From Nemertoderma westbladi (lineage: Eukaryota > Animalia > Xenacoelomorpha), in assembly GCA_032718475.1 (NCBI GenBank), contig JAUCBJ010004742.1, positions 1 to 57,893 on the forward strand: DNA of 57,893 nt, in the 5' to 3' direction. A program made the position numbers and the translations under genes. Under the pieces are notes generated by a model. It made no database searches. It saw nothing but the letters and a program-made list of their open reading frames with translations, and had not been told where the DNA came from. Below, piece after piece: positions 1 to 12,745 of this stretch. Position 1 is the stretch's first letter. The number at the start of each line of letters is the position of its first letter.

Positions 1-696
1 CGAATGGATCAGTGTAATCATCAATAATGGAAGACACAAAAGTCGTCGAGCCATCGTATAGTGATGATTGCTTCATAATTTCCTCAGGAACCCCATATAA
101 TGCTAGTATGCTGCACATGCTGCATATGCTGCACATACGTGATCGAGAGAGTAAATCGAAGGCCTTGAAGAAGTAAAACAAAGATAACAGCAAAGATATA
201 ACTGTTTTTTTTATCATAACTCTTAAAGTATCCCTCTAAGCGTCATAATGGGTCCCGTGGTACCGCGACCTTTACGGAAGCGGGAAGCCATTCTGATAGT
301 TACGTCAATGGAGTCCCAGCTGCGATTTAATATAATTCTATTGTATAGCTTTGAAGCAATCGAGATCGACGAGATTCCTCAAAAGGATCCATAGAGTGTT
401 AGGTTGCCCTTATTATTGGGAACTGGCACCAACTTATTTTTGTGCACTGCATAACATAACATATAACATATCATGTGTCTGACACTCCATCTCTCTGATA
501 TTATTAGGCTGTTCGACCAGGGATAACGTAAAGATTCTGACGACGTATTTCCAGTGCGGTCTTCCCATAAATACTCCCCAGTGGAAACTGGTAGGTAGGC
601 CTACTCATTTAGCTACCATTTAATGGTGCAAGGCAGATATCCGTCCTGTCTAGGCTCTAGGCCCTATTATAGCATTCGTATCGAAACGAAAACTCC

Positions 697-735
697 CTTG
701 CCCCAATGCTGGGATCGAACCTACGACCTCCAGAG
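697..735 (-). mobile_element. Fragment of a tRNA-derived SINE (B box/T arm only)
   Basis: Minus strand reads GGTCGTAGGTTCGATCCCAGCATTGGGGCA, a Pol III B-box-like motif; 5' half not recognisable. Confidence 0.35.
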
Positions 736-1739
736 AGATATGTTTTTTTGATATGGCCAGAACGAAGTGTAATTTGCTTAAAGTTCATATGCAAGTTTTA
801 AGTACTTGTTGTAATTAAGTGTACACTTAAGGTAAGGTTCTAAATGGCCTGTTAGTTAAATGTACATTTTAAATGATTTAAACAACCGCAAAATATTTAA
901 TATAAATGGCCATTTAACTAAAGTAATATTTAAGATATATAAATGGATATAAATCGGTATTTTATTTTTTTTTAGTTAAAGATATACTTTCAGTTTGAAC
1001 AACAGGCCCATAGAGTGTTGGTAAGCTCGTATACATTAGTGGTTCGCCCCACAAATTCCAACTTCCTCCATCCAGAAAGTTAAAATTATAATTGAGTAAT
1101 CATATAAATTGCATAATATAGTACGGTGTTTCAAATTTCAAACAGTATGATAAAGATTAGTTGAAAATTTTTGAGAGGATGGGGGGGGGGGGGGGGGGGG
1201 GTCCGTCATATTAAAATGACACTATATACTGTATAACGGGTCATTCATCGTATATCAAAGATAATAAAATGATTCCTAAATCTGAAAGACTTCTTATGAA
1301 CGACGTCGTCAAACAAATTGAGTTTACGATCAGATTTTACAGTAAACGTCACAGCGACAATACTACATACACTACAGGCGCGCGATAGTTCATATTACGC
1401 CGCGCGCCTTACTTTTGCGTTTGCCCATAAATTAATGCAGACGCGATCAAAACTTCTGACGTGTTTTAGGCATGGATGAGTTCAAAATATAATAATAATA
1501 ATCCTGATCTCTCATTGCCTAGTTTGTTGTTGCCCATAGCTACCAGCTGAAATCAACCAATTAACAATCTACAAATGTTAGGAACACGTGGTGTGGATTC
1601 AGAATTATGAACATCTTCAAGCTAAAGCCTGATCTCTCGGTTTTCAGTGTGAGTGTGATTATTACGCGCAGAAAAGTATTGTTTGTGATATGTAAATAAA
1701 ATAAATATAATTGTTCAATAATCATTTTTATTGACGGCC

Positions 1740-3017
1740 ATGTTGAACTATGTTAATTGCCTGTTTGTATTTACAATTATATTGCAAATATCCACGTCTT
1801 TGTTTGGATTGAGCGACGGAGTTCTACGGAAACCGCAGGAGAAATGCAAAATCTGTCGCGACGTGGCCGAAAGATTCGAGGCAGGCCTAAAGAGAACGGA
1901 TAAACTTGGTTTCGGAGGAGGCAACACAGCATGGGAGGAGAAGACTTTATCGCACGGATTCGGAAACTCTGAACTGCGATTTGTGGAGATCACGGAGGGA
2001 TTATGCGAAACAGACGAGTACCAATGTGCGCACTTCGTCGAACGAGCGGAGGAGGCTTTAGAAGAATTCTTCTTTGAAACAAAACGAGAGGATTTGTTGG
2101 AATATTTGTGTATCAAACGTTTCCGTTTGTGTTGTCGCGAAAATCATTACGGTGCGGACTGTAAAGAATGTCCGGGCGGTGCTGATAAACCTTGCAGCGG
2201 TCGGGGTAAGTGCGAGGGGGCGGGAAGTAGGAAAGGGTCCGGAGTGTGCGAGTGCGAGAGCGGCTACACCGGGGAGTTGTGCGAAAAGTGCGAAGGGAAG
2301 TTCTATAAGATCGACACGCACTCCGATTTGTGTCTGCCGTGCCACGCGGGATGTAAGTCGCGTTGCGATAACGGTACGGCCGCCGGTTGCGATGATTGCG
2401 CTGGCGGTTTCAAAAAGATATTCTTCGATGGAGGTCGGTTCTCCTGCGCCGATATAAATGAGTGCGAACAGTCGGAATCTTGCGAAAACTCCTCCACCTA
2501 CTGCAGTAACACTCAGGGCTCCTTCCGTTGTTTGTCCTGCCACTCATCCTGCCTGACCTGCAACACGAGCGGGTCCGCCGGTTGCTTATCTTGCAACCAT
2601 GGTTACCGGGAGTCCGAGGCCGGCGGTGAGTGTGTCGACGTGAACGAATGCGACGAGGTTTCAGCGTGCCAACCTGGTACCTATTGCGTGAACTCGCCCG
2701 GTTCCTACCAGTGCAATGTTTGCCATCACGCGTGCGCGCTTTGCGGTAGTGCCGGGGCTGGTGGTTGCCAGGGGTGCGCCCCAGGTTACCTGGACAACGA
2801 GGGACGCTGCGTTAAAGAGAAACCAGTAGAGATGGACGAGTTTGAGGAGTATACTGAAGAGGGATCCAGCGGCAATAAAGACTCGGTTGACCTGGATACA
2901 GATAGACTCAGTGATAGTGGACACTCAGATCACGTTGCTATGGATACTAATTCTGATAGTCCTGACGACGGTGACACAACAGACTCTGTGTCTAGGGACA
3001 CACATCCGGAACTATAA
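1740..3017 (+). CDS. CRELD: CRELD family protein (cysteine-rich with EGF-like domains), soluble CRELD2-like, single exon, 425 aa
   Basis: ATG at 1740 (the ORF track starts at an upstream TTG); hydrophobic signal peptide; CKIC CXXC motif; FGGGNTAWEEK and SELRFVEITEGLC signatures; EGF, Ca-EGF (DINEC, DVNEC) and furin-like repeats; acidic tail ending HPEL. Confidence 0.95.
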   Translation: MLNYVNCLFVFTIILQISTSLFGLSDGVLRKPQEKCKICRDVAERFEAGLKRTDKLGFGGGNTAWEEKTLSHGFGNSELRFVEITEGLCETDEYQCAHFVERAEEALEEFFFETKREDLLEYLCIKRFRLCCRENHYGADCKECPGGADKPCSGRGKCEGAGSRKGSGVCECESGYTGELCEKCEGKFYKIDTHSDLCLPCHAGCKSRCDNGTAAGCDDCAGGFKKIFFDGGRFSCADINECEQSESCENSSTYCSNTQGSFRCLSCHSSCLTCNTSGSAGCLSCNHGYRESEAGGECVDVNECDEVSACQPGTYCVNSPGSYQCNVCHHACALCGSAGAGGCQGCAPGYLDNEGRCVKEKPVEMDEFEEYTEEGSSGNKDSVDLDTDRLSDSGHSDHVAMDTNSDSPDDGDTTDSVSRDTHPEL

Positions 3018-3299
3018 CATCACATTCCAGTTAAATAGTAAGAATATTATTTTGTTATGAAATGACAATTTTTCTCGCACAATCGATATTTGATTATTAA
3101 AGTTATTTATTACTTCTTCCAGTGTGGGCTTGGAATCTTCATTGAGTTCGGTTTTATCGTAGAATACAACCCCCTGTAAATGGCGGGATTCTCCGGATTC
3201 ACCGTAAAATACATGGTAAATATATATATGCCATTTGAAACCCAAACCAAATTATATAATTAATTCATTCTGTGTTCCCTTTAGTTTGAATACAAGATT

Positions 3300-3760
3300 C
3301 GCGATATATATATTTGTATTCTTATATTGGTACTTTTTCGCTCGAATATTCCTCAAAATTGCGATAAAAGGAGTAATTTTATTACCTAGGGAAACAATTA
3401 ACCATTTAACCATAGGATTCCGTGGCATTGATTTGAATTCTTTCCCAGACTTTACCCCTTTCCCCCTTTACTTATTGTAACATTGAGTAAGGCAGCATCA
3501 GGAGTTGAAGAGTACAATAATTGTAATCGCAGTAACTATGGAAGCAATGTAGTAAAATACTACAGATCAATTTATTTTGTAACACTATATAAGTCTATAT
3601 TTTATTAAGGAATTGAGCGACAAAAAGTAACAATTTAAGAATAAAATTACGTATTACATGGGAAAAAAACGTAGAACATTTTTTTCACTATTCTAGAGGC
3701 ATTCTATTTACCGAGCGGCGAGGTTAATAAAGGGTCGAGAGAATATTTAAAAAAAGTTAT
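3300..3760. repeat. Dispersed AT-rich repeat family, copy 1
   Basis: 3555-3750 matches 13195-13420 (part direct, part inverted); 3310-3390 matches the reverse complement of 48940-49015. Confidence 0.7.
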
Positions 3761-5369
3761 AATTTTTTTTATAATTTTTAATAAACAGTTAAAAAATAAT
3801 ATGTTGAAAGTCACTTTTGTGTCAACAAAGAACTAATTTTCGAAATATATTTCAAAGTAATTTCCATGCCATGACATTAATAAATACATAACACTGATGC
3901 TATCTGCAGGTTATTTAATATTCTAGAATATTATAAGTCTATAATAAACAGTATACACTATTCTACAGTGTACATTATAAATTTCGCTATTATTTCGATT
4001 TGACTATTTCGCTTTCACTTAACTTAATTTGCACAGGAAGAAGCTTCGATGGACGATAGGCTACTTATGTTAAGTTTTTTACTTCATTTTTCACTTCTAT
4101 CATTTTTCTAAAAAAGTGTCTATCAACAAATCTCGAATCATTCCTGGCTTGACTTGGCGGCATATTAGCTCAAGTAGGCGGGAAAAGTGCCGCCCAGTGG
4201 CAATGTTAAACGCCACTTAATATTGCTCAACGAAAGATTTTTTGCCACCACCTTATACTATGATTATTGTCTGTTTGAGAATGGAATGGAATAATACCTG
4301 AAGCAAATTAATTTTTTTTTATTTATTTTTTGTACTATCGTTCGATTGGTGCGAATTTAAATTTAAATAAATAAAATAATATGTGCGCGAAAACATTGCT
4401 TAGCTTATAACAATGAGCAGTAACAATGTGCCGGTGAGCTCTGAGTCGAGTGGCGGAGTGGGTTTTTGTAAAACGTGGAGGAATTCCGGCTATTGTGCAA
4501 ATATAATAATATTGCTCTAGACGTACCTGAGGCTTAAAAGTTGGTGAAGTTTGTAAATTGTTGACATCCACTTAATTATTCATTCTTTCTGTTTTCCTAT
4601 CGTAGATTTTAATCTTTCGTTTACGCTTACGGGTTGCTGTGCTATTAAACATTTTCACTATTTATTTTATTTTATAATACATATTATCGGTTTCGTTATA
4701 ACAATTAAACAAACATTCAAACATCATTACGTTTTAGCTCATATCATGTGAGCAAATGTAAATTCATTCCGACTGCCAAGTATATGAAAAATTACAAAAG
4801 GATAGGGTTTATAAAATCAGTACCAACCATAACCTCAAAATTAAAAAAAATAACGAATGACCGTATGCGGCTAGCCCCATTCCTCAAACAAAAATTTATT
4901 CCAGGAATGGATAGACCAGGAATAGATTATTCCAGACCTGGAATAAATTTTTACTTATTTTACTAGGCTTGTAAAAATTACTAGGTCAAAATAAGTAAAG
5001 CATTGAATTCTACCGGACTCGCTTCAACAACAATTATTGCTTATGAATTAATCCAATCATTGATTTCATTCCCGGCTTACGCCCCGGGGCTATATTCAGT
5101 TAATCGTAAAATAAATGGTCATGCACTGATTAAAATATAAAAACAATATGACCAATTATACGTAGATATTGTGTTACAGTAGTATAGGAGACCTTGAAAT
5201 GGCTATTCAGGACGTTAAAATTTAAATAGATAATTAAATATATTTTTGGAATAATTAACGAGCACATCATATATAAAATAAAATAAATGCAATCATCATC
5301 CTCCATTTAGGTAGATTAAAAATGCTAATTATATTTTCTATTCTATTTCCTAATTTAACTATTTACATA

Positions 5370-5502
5370 CTTGTGTGTAAAGTAGCGCTTTACTTACAGT
5401 GTGATGATCCGAGTGGCTTTGTTACACGAACGAACGTTAGTGAGTGAGTGAAAATAAAGCCACGAGGATCAGAACACTGTAAAGTGCTACTTTACACACA
5501 AG
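5370..5502. mobile_element. Palindromic MITE-like element, about 133 bp
   Basis: Arms CTTGTGTGTAAAGTAGC...ACAGTGT..TGATCC..GTGGCTTT and AAAGCCAC..GGATCA..ACACTGT..GCTACTTTACACACAAG fold into a long hairpin; related start at 12542. Confidence 0.75.
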
Positions 5503-5518
5503 GAACTAGATATTAGGA

Positions 5519-5541
5519 ACTAGAAAGCCAGCGAGCTGGCT
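5519..5541 (-). mobile_element. Helitron-type 3' terminus
   Basis: Minus strand: GC hairpin AGCCAGC-TC-GCTGGCT followed by TTCTAG and T. Confidence 0.45.
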
Positions 5542-6451
5542 ATAAGAAGACAGTCTATAAGACAATAAAAAAACCGAAAAAAACTAAATCATAATTCCAT
5601 TTCTGGGTAAGTCCGAAGCGAAAAGATGAACAAATATTTAATACCATATCCATTCCCGGCATCACTATGAAGCAACCAAAGCATATAATATGCATGTATC
5701 CTAATAATAATCTTCTACAAAACCAAGAACAATAGTGAGGGTATTATAATCGTCCAGTATTAATATAAGTCTGCTCGACAGCTGTTGGAATTATAGCTGA
5801 CTGATTGTTTAGTGGAATATTGGATTGAACGGAGACAGAGTTAAAGCGGCACATATACTTGACCCACCAACAAGTAGAGAAATCGCACATTATTGACCTT
5901 TCCAATTATCACATGCAGGGCCTGCCTGATTAACCCATGGTTACCGACATATGTATATTTCTGATTGTTTCGCAATAAAAAAAAATACTGATAACACTTC
6001 TAACATAAAAAACAGAAACATACCATTTCTAACAATCAATGTCTCGTGTCGCATGTAATTTTTCAAATTAGCAAATCTTCAATTGGCTATAAATGCAAAC
6101 AAGATGAGGTGTCGGATGTTACATAAAAACGACACTTTTTTTAAAGAAAATTTAAATCTCTTAAATATATCGTCCTCGTCACGCATTTAAAAATTTTTTA
6201 TCCTAACATCTTTGACGTTATTTGTAATACAAAATAACTTAATTCATTAAATCACAGAGGAGAGTTATTAGAAATACAACTTGGCAGTTTCGGTGTAGGA
6301 TGTTACGTGTCGGGTGTTACGTGATTGTCCCTGATAATAATGTAAAATATTATGATTAAAAAATATATGAGATTACTTGATATTATTAAGTAATTTAAAC
6401 AGGACTTAGGATGATCCAACTCTATAGCAAATGAGCGGAAAAAATGAATTC

Positions 6452-6524
6452 GCCACCAGCGGGGATCGAACCCGCGTCTACCGATAACCCACTATAATTA
6501 TGATAACCACTGCACCACGGAGGC
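6452..6524 (-). mobile_element. tRNA-derived SINE head or tRNA pseudogene
   Basis: A box TGGTGCAGTGG; perfect T arm GCGGG-TTCGATC-CCCGC; acceptor stem GCCTCCG/TGGTGGC with one mismatch; anticodon arm does not pair. Confidence 0.7.
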
Positions 6525-7032
6525 TCAGTGGCGTATCCAGGGGTAGTGGCGCCCCGGGGTGAGAGTAGATAAGCCCCCCCCCCCCCCACCTCCCATTAAC
6601 AAGAAGCGAAAAAATGGAATATTTATTAAATGTCGTGTCTGTATGTATACATACCTACTTTTTTCATCTGTTCTTGTAAGCAAAGATATTGCGCTTTACT
6701 TATAATTAACTACATCATATGCTAACTATTTGGATTTTAAATTATTACAGATGTAGCAGAATGTTAGAAAATAAAAATAAATTAATCACTAAATATCACT
6801 GCGATTTGGCTAAGTTTTTTTTTTGTTGGGGAGGGGGGGGGGGGGGGGGGGTTATATCATTATACTTTTTTGATCTTATATTCCAGTCCATGGTGTAGGC
6901 CTACTAATACAATATTAATGAAACTTTAATACATTATTCATATAATTAATACACTGTGTGTATACTACATATTACAGTATAATATTAGTAATGTATGGCC
7001 TACATATTTACTGCAATAAATGTATGGTAGCA

Positions 7033-8200
7033 CGAACTTACTGTAGTTCCAATCGCACATTTTCAAAGGCGAACTTACAGTAGTTCCAATTGAAACGCAT
7101 TTAGTTCCAATCCCAGAATATCAAAACAACTTAGTTCCAATGCATGCGAATTTAGTTCCAATGCATGCGAATTTAATTCCAATGGATACGAACTTAGTTC
7201 CAATGCATGCGAATTTAATTCCAATGGATACGAACTTAGTTCCAATGCATGCGAACTTAGTTCCAATGCATGCGAATTTAGTTCCAATGCATGCAAACTT
7301 AGTTCCAATGGAAGCGAATTTAGTTCCAATTGAGGTGAACTTAGTTCCAATCGAGGCCCAATCCCAGAATATCAAAACGAACTTAGTTCCAATGCATGCG
7401 AACTTAGTTCCAATGAATACAAACTTAGTTCCAATGCAAGCGAATTTAGTTCCAATGGAAGCGAATTTAGTTCCAATGGATACGAACTTAGTTCCAATGC
7501 ATGCGAACTTAGTTCCAATGAATACAAACTTAGTTCCAATGCAAGCGAATTTAGTTCCAATGGAAGCGAATTTAGTTCCAATGGATACGAACTTAGTTCC
7601 AATGCAAGCGAATTTAGTTCCAATGGAAGCGAATTTAGTTCCAATTGAGGTGAACTTAGTTCCAATCGAGGCCCAATCCCAGAATATCAAAACGAACTTA
7701 GTTCCAATGCATGCGAACTTAGTTCCAATGCATACGAATTTAGTTCCAATCGAGGCCCAATCCCAGAATATCAAAACGAACTTAGTTCCAATGCATACGA
7801 ATTTAGTTCCAATGCATGCGAATTTAGTTCCAATGAATACAAACTTAGTTCCAATGCAAGCGAATTTAGTTCCAATGCAAGCGAATTTAGTTCCAATTGA
7901 AACGCATTTAGTTCCAAAATAAATTTTATAAAGCGAACTTAGTTCCATTCGAGGCGAATTTAGTTCCAATCGAGGCGAACTTAGTTCCAATACCAGAATA
8001 TCAAAACGAACTTAGTTCCAATGCATGCGAACTTAGTTACAATGCATACGAATTTAGTTCCAATGCATGTGAATTTAGTTCCAATGGATACGAACTTAGT
8101 TCCAATGCAAGCGAATTTAGTTCCAATGCATGCGAATTTAGTTCCATTGGAAGCGAATTTAGTTCCAATGGATACTAACTTAGTTCCAATGCAAGCGAAT
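7033..8200. repeat. 21-bp minisatellite with higher-order structure
   Basis: Near-constant core TTAGTTCCAAT plus a variable 10-mer (GCATGCGAAY, GGATACGAAC, GGAAGCGAAT, GCAAGCGAAT...), with a recurring CCCAGAATATCAAAACGAAC variant; about 50 units. Confidence 0.97.
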
Positions 8201-8319
8201 TCTTTTTTTTTCTTCTTTTTTTTTTTAATGTGCTGCGAGAAACAAAGTGATGGCTGAAGCGTGAGTCCTAGGTATTCGTAATTGTTACAGATGGTGACTT
8301 AAAAAGAAGAAGAAAAAAG

Positions 8320-8525
8320 CTTATGCATCAATATGGTCTATAAGGAATCTCAAGCTATTGTCCGTTGACGCAGGTTTAAAACTATTTAAATTAAAAATTG
8401 CACCAATGGCTTTGTATGCTCTACCCGTCTACTCTCGCTTTCTAACGATATCAAATTTAAAAGATCTAGACAGAATAAAATCGACATACATGAAGCGACT
8501 TCTAGGGCTACATATCAGTGCTACT
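8320..8525 (+). pseudogene. Non-LTR retrotransposon ORF2 fragment (post-RT region)
   Basis: LKLFKLKIAPMALYALPVY...LDRIKSTYMKRLLGL resembles the LF..I.P.L.Y...W / LE......KR.LG LINE motif. Confidence 0.7.
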
Positions 8526-8528
8526 CAT

Positions 8529-10117
8529 CATAACTTAACACCCAGCACCGTTTTAAGATAACTTAACACCCACCACCGTTTTAAGATAACTTAACACCCA
8601 GCACCGTTTTAAGATAACTTAACACCCCCACCGTTTTAAGATAACTTAACATCCAGTACCGTTTTAAGATACTTAACACCCAGCACCGTTTTAAGATAAC
8701 TTACACCCACCACCGTTTTAAGATAACTTAACACCTAGCACCGTTTTAAGATAACTTAACACACAGCACCGTTTTAAGATAACTTAACACCCGCCACCGT
8801 TTTAAGATAACTTAACACCCAGCACCGTTTTAAGATAATTTAACACCCACCACCGTTTTAAGATAACTTAACACCCAGCACCGTTTTAAGTTAACTTAAC
8901 ACCCACCACCGTTTTAAGATAACTTAACACCCACCACCGTTTTAAGATAACGTAACACCCACCACCGTTTTAAGATAACTTAACACCCACCACCGTTTTA
9001 AGATAACTTAACACCTAGCGCCGTTTTAAGATAACTTAACACCCAGCACCGTTTTAAGATAACTTAACACCCAGTACCGTTTTAAGATACTTAACACCCA
9101 GCACCGTTTTAAGATAACTTAACACCCAGCACCGTTTTAAGATAACTTAACACCCACCACCGTTTTAAGATAACTTAACACCCAGCACCGTTTTAAGATA
9201 ACTTAACACCCACCACCGTTTTAAGATAACTTAACACCCAGTACCGTTTTAAGATACTTAACACCCAGCAACGTTTTAAGATAACTTACACCCACCACCG
9301 TTTTAAGATAACTTAACACCTAGCACCGTTTTAAGATAACTTACACCCACCACCGTTTTAAGATAACTTAACACCTAGCACCGTTTTAAGATAACTTAAC
9401 ACCCACCACCGTTTTAAGATACTTAACACCCAGCACCGTTTTAAGATAACTTAACACCCAGCACCGTTTTAAGATAACTTAACACCCACCACCGTTTTAA
9501 GATAACTTAACACCCAGCACCGTTTTAAGATAACTTAACACCCACCACCGTTTTAAGATAACTTAACACCCAGTACCGTTTTAAGATACTTAACACCCAG
9601 CACCGTTTTAAGATAACTTACACCCACCACCGGTTTAAGATAACTTAACACCTAGCACCGTTTTAAGATAACTTAACACCCAGCACCGTTTTAAGATAAC
9701 TTAACACCCACCACCGTTTTAAGATAAGTTAACACCCAGCACCGTTTTAAGATAACTTAACACCCACCACCGTTTTAAGATAACTTAACACCCAGCACCG
9801 TTTTAAGATAACTTAACACCCACCACAGTTTTAAGATAACTTAACACCCACCACCGTTTTAAGATAACGTAACACCCACTACCGTTTTAAGATAACTTAA
9901 CACCCACCACCGTTTTAAGAAAACTTTGACACCCACCACCGTTTTAAGATAACTTAACACCCACCACCGTTTTAAGATGACTTAACACCTAGCACCGTTT
10001 TAAGATATCTTAACACCCACCACCGTTTTAAGATAACTTAACACCCACCACCGTTTTAAGATAACTTAACACCTAGCACCGTTTTAAGATAACTTAACAC
10101 CCACCACCGTTTTAAGA
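8529..10117. repeat. 28-bp minisatellite, about 57 copies
   Basis: Unit GATAACTTAACACCCA(G/C)CACCGTTTTAA; period 28 checked (8531 to 8559); G and C variants often alternate. Confidence 0.98.
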
Positions 10118-10570
10118 CACCCAGTACAGTTTTCGGTACTTCGTTTCGAGCTAGCTATCGTAATAGGATATTTCTGCATGCATCACAGTTTGTTGTATAG
10201 CTTTTTAAAGACGCGTTTAGAATTTGCTCTTTTAGCATGAGTGGAGCTGGGCGTTTTCACGCAAAAATGTGTAATATATTATGAAATGTTTCTGCCTGCG
10301 TTTTCTTCGTAGAACATATCAGTCCGTTTTCCTGAAGAGCAGAAGCTCATCCCCAGATATATCTCTTTATCTGATAATGCGATGGAGCCAGATATTAGCA
10401 CCATTGGGGTTTAGTCGTCTGAAGTACCGGCAGTATTTGTACAGTACAGTTAGTAGGGGCGTTAAACACTAAGTAGTGATTACTTTGAAGCGTTCCGTTC
10501 TATAGGTAGCAACGCAGCAAATACGTTTTTGATGCACGAGGATAATTCCAGAACGCTGGTAAGATGACAT

Positions 10571-10630
10571 AAAGGACTTCTAGAACATAGTATTTATTCT
10601 CGAACAAATACTACGATCTAGAAGTCCTTG
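10571..10630. mobile_element. 60-bp P-element-like miniature inverted-repeat element
   Basis: Arms AAGGACTTCTAGA..TAGTATTT and AAATACTA..TCTAGAAGTCCTTG; flanks GATGACAT and GTTGACAT (7/8 match, probable 8-bp TSD). Confidence 0.6.
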
Positions 10631-11555
10631 GTTGACATATGTAGGCCCTACTCAATATCGATAAACTGAAAGTCAACATGTCAAAGGTTACAATTTACGT
10701 AGAACAGTAGTAGCAGTAGGCCTATAATCAATTTGTAACCGTTAATCTCCGATTATTAGAATCTTCTTGAAGAACTTGGGGTTCGTGATGTCTCTGACTT
10801 ATTGTAACTTTGAAATGCTATTTTGGAAAGAGAAGTTCTGTAACCTTTGTCCTGTTATAATAACCTTTTGTTCATATCAACAGTTGTTCGTGAAGGTCAA
10901 TCAATACCCTTCTTAACAATAGGCAATATATTTCCTCCGAAAATATATTCGCATTCTGACCTTTTGTTACCCTGGTTGGCTATCCATAGCCTTTACATTG
11001 TATAGTAGGCAATGCGCTATCGGCTATACCAACACTGATTAATTATTTCTGTCTGGACATTGGGCCCAATGTATTGTAGACATAATTACATCTCTACTCC
11101 AGTTATTGATAGTGAACTACTTGCACATATCTTAATATTACCGTCATTTAGGCCTACTGTCACTCACTGTGCTTAGATAGTGATATATAATATTATTCAC
11201 ATATACTACTACTGAACCTGAGTAACACTAGGGACTTTTTGCATTCGTCAACAAAACAAAAGGGCTGCCACGTTTTGAAAAATTACTATTCATATTAGTA
11301 TTCTATTCAGTCAATATTAATAGTCCATTTTGAATAAATAAAAATATTTTTTACGGAATGCATCAAAACATTATATGCCTACACTATGATCCATGACTAG
11401 AATTCTCAACTTCTATACAAGTCCGTCGTCCGATATTTATCAATATTTATAATCAAATAATAAATAATAAATTAATCAAATCAAATAATAAATTGTAAGT
11501 CAAGTGGGGCACTGGTCTCGGATTGGAAGACGGGGCTGGCCTCACAGGTACTCAG

Positions 11556-11995
11556 CAAACTTCGCCCGCGTCCAATCTTCGCCCGCGTCCAATCTTCTCC
11601 CGCAGGCAATCTTCGCCCGCGAGCAATCTTCGCCCACTAAACAATTATTGTTTTGGTTAGAAAGAGCCGTCTCTGTAACCTGCTCCTTTCCTTCAATTGG
11701 TAACGACATCGTTTATTGTTTTGGTTAGTAAGAACGGTCTCTGTAATCTGCTCCTTTCCTTCAATTGGTAACAACATCGCTTATTGTTTTGGTTATAAAG
11801 AGCGGTCTCTGTAACCTGCTCCTTTCCTTCAATTGGTAACAACATCGTTTATTGTTTTGGTTAGAAAAAGCCGTCTCTGTAACCTCCTCTTTTCCCATAA
11901 TTGGTAACTAAAATGGTTACTAACACAAACCTTAATGGGCGAAGGGTTGATCGCGGGCGAAGGTTTCCCCCCGGGCGAAGATTGCACCCAACCGC
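11556..11995. mobile_element. Non-autonomous element: inverted subterminal repeats enclosing four 68-bp tandem units
   Basis: CAATCTTCGCCCGCG-type repeats at 11556-11635, inverted GGGCGAAG repeats at 11936-11990; TTATTG unit starts at 11645, 11713, 11781, 11849. Confidence 0.8.
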
Positions 11996-12745
11996 CTACA
12001 TCCCAGGCATAGGACGTGCAAATTACCTCAAATACTGTCTGTTGTGCAAATAACAGCAGTTCTGTCGGTTATCTATATCCTAAATTTTTAGTGCAATTAT
12101 TTTTAGAAAATTTCGTTTGAAGATATAATAAATTTACCTTGAGTTTTCGAAATAATAAATTTATTTCATTTAAATATTTTAAAAATAATGATTACATTTT
12201 AAAATACGAAAAATAATTTATGTTAATAATAATTAATTATTGAAATGAGAAAGTGATTTTCATGCTCATGAGTAATAAATAAATAAATATGAATGAAATT
12301 TGAAATTATATATTATTTAAAGGGATGGTGATTGGTGGTCGGTCACTATAGTAATAGTATAGAATATTGATCGACTGCCGGTACCAATCTACCAATAGAA
12401 ACAATGGAAAACACTAAACTGGAATGGAGTTACTTTTTCGACGACGAACTTGGATAAGGTTTCATGGAGAAAACTTTACAAATAATTAATTGCAAACATT
12501 TCAAATAAATTAAAATTTCAAATAAAACAATTTACGCAACGTTGTGTGAAAAGTAGCACTTTTCAGCGTTAAGACCCGAGTGAATTCATATACCGCGCTA
12601 GTGAAACGAGGGCGGTCTACATAAATAAACTGGGTCATCGATGCTGCGATTTACGTACAATGATGCACGTAAATCTGTTATATTATGTCAACTTATCGTG
12701 TTCCGAACGCATAAGAGAATACTTTATATAAAATATCCCCTTTAA

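Noticed and set aside
847-1007. GGCC-ended MITE as the source of the TAGGCCTA scars
   Set aside because: Imperfect TIR (GGCCTGTT) and flanks are not TA on both sides
6452-6524. Functional tRNA gene
   Set aside because: Anticodon arm cannot fold and the acceptor stem is mismatched
7075-8257. Long ORFs on both strands in the 21-bp array as genes
   Set aside because: A by-product of a 3n repeat unit; no non-repetitive domain
7033-10117. CRISPR-like arrays (constant core plus variable part)
   Set aside because: Variable parts are 10 bp or less, related to each other and reused; eukaryotic context; no cas genes
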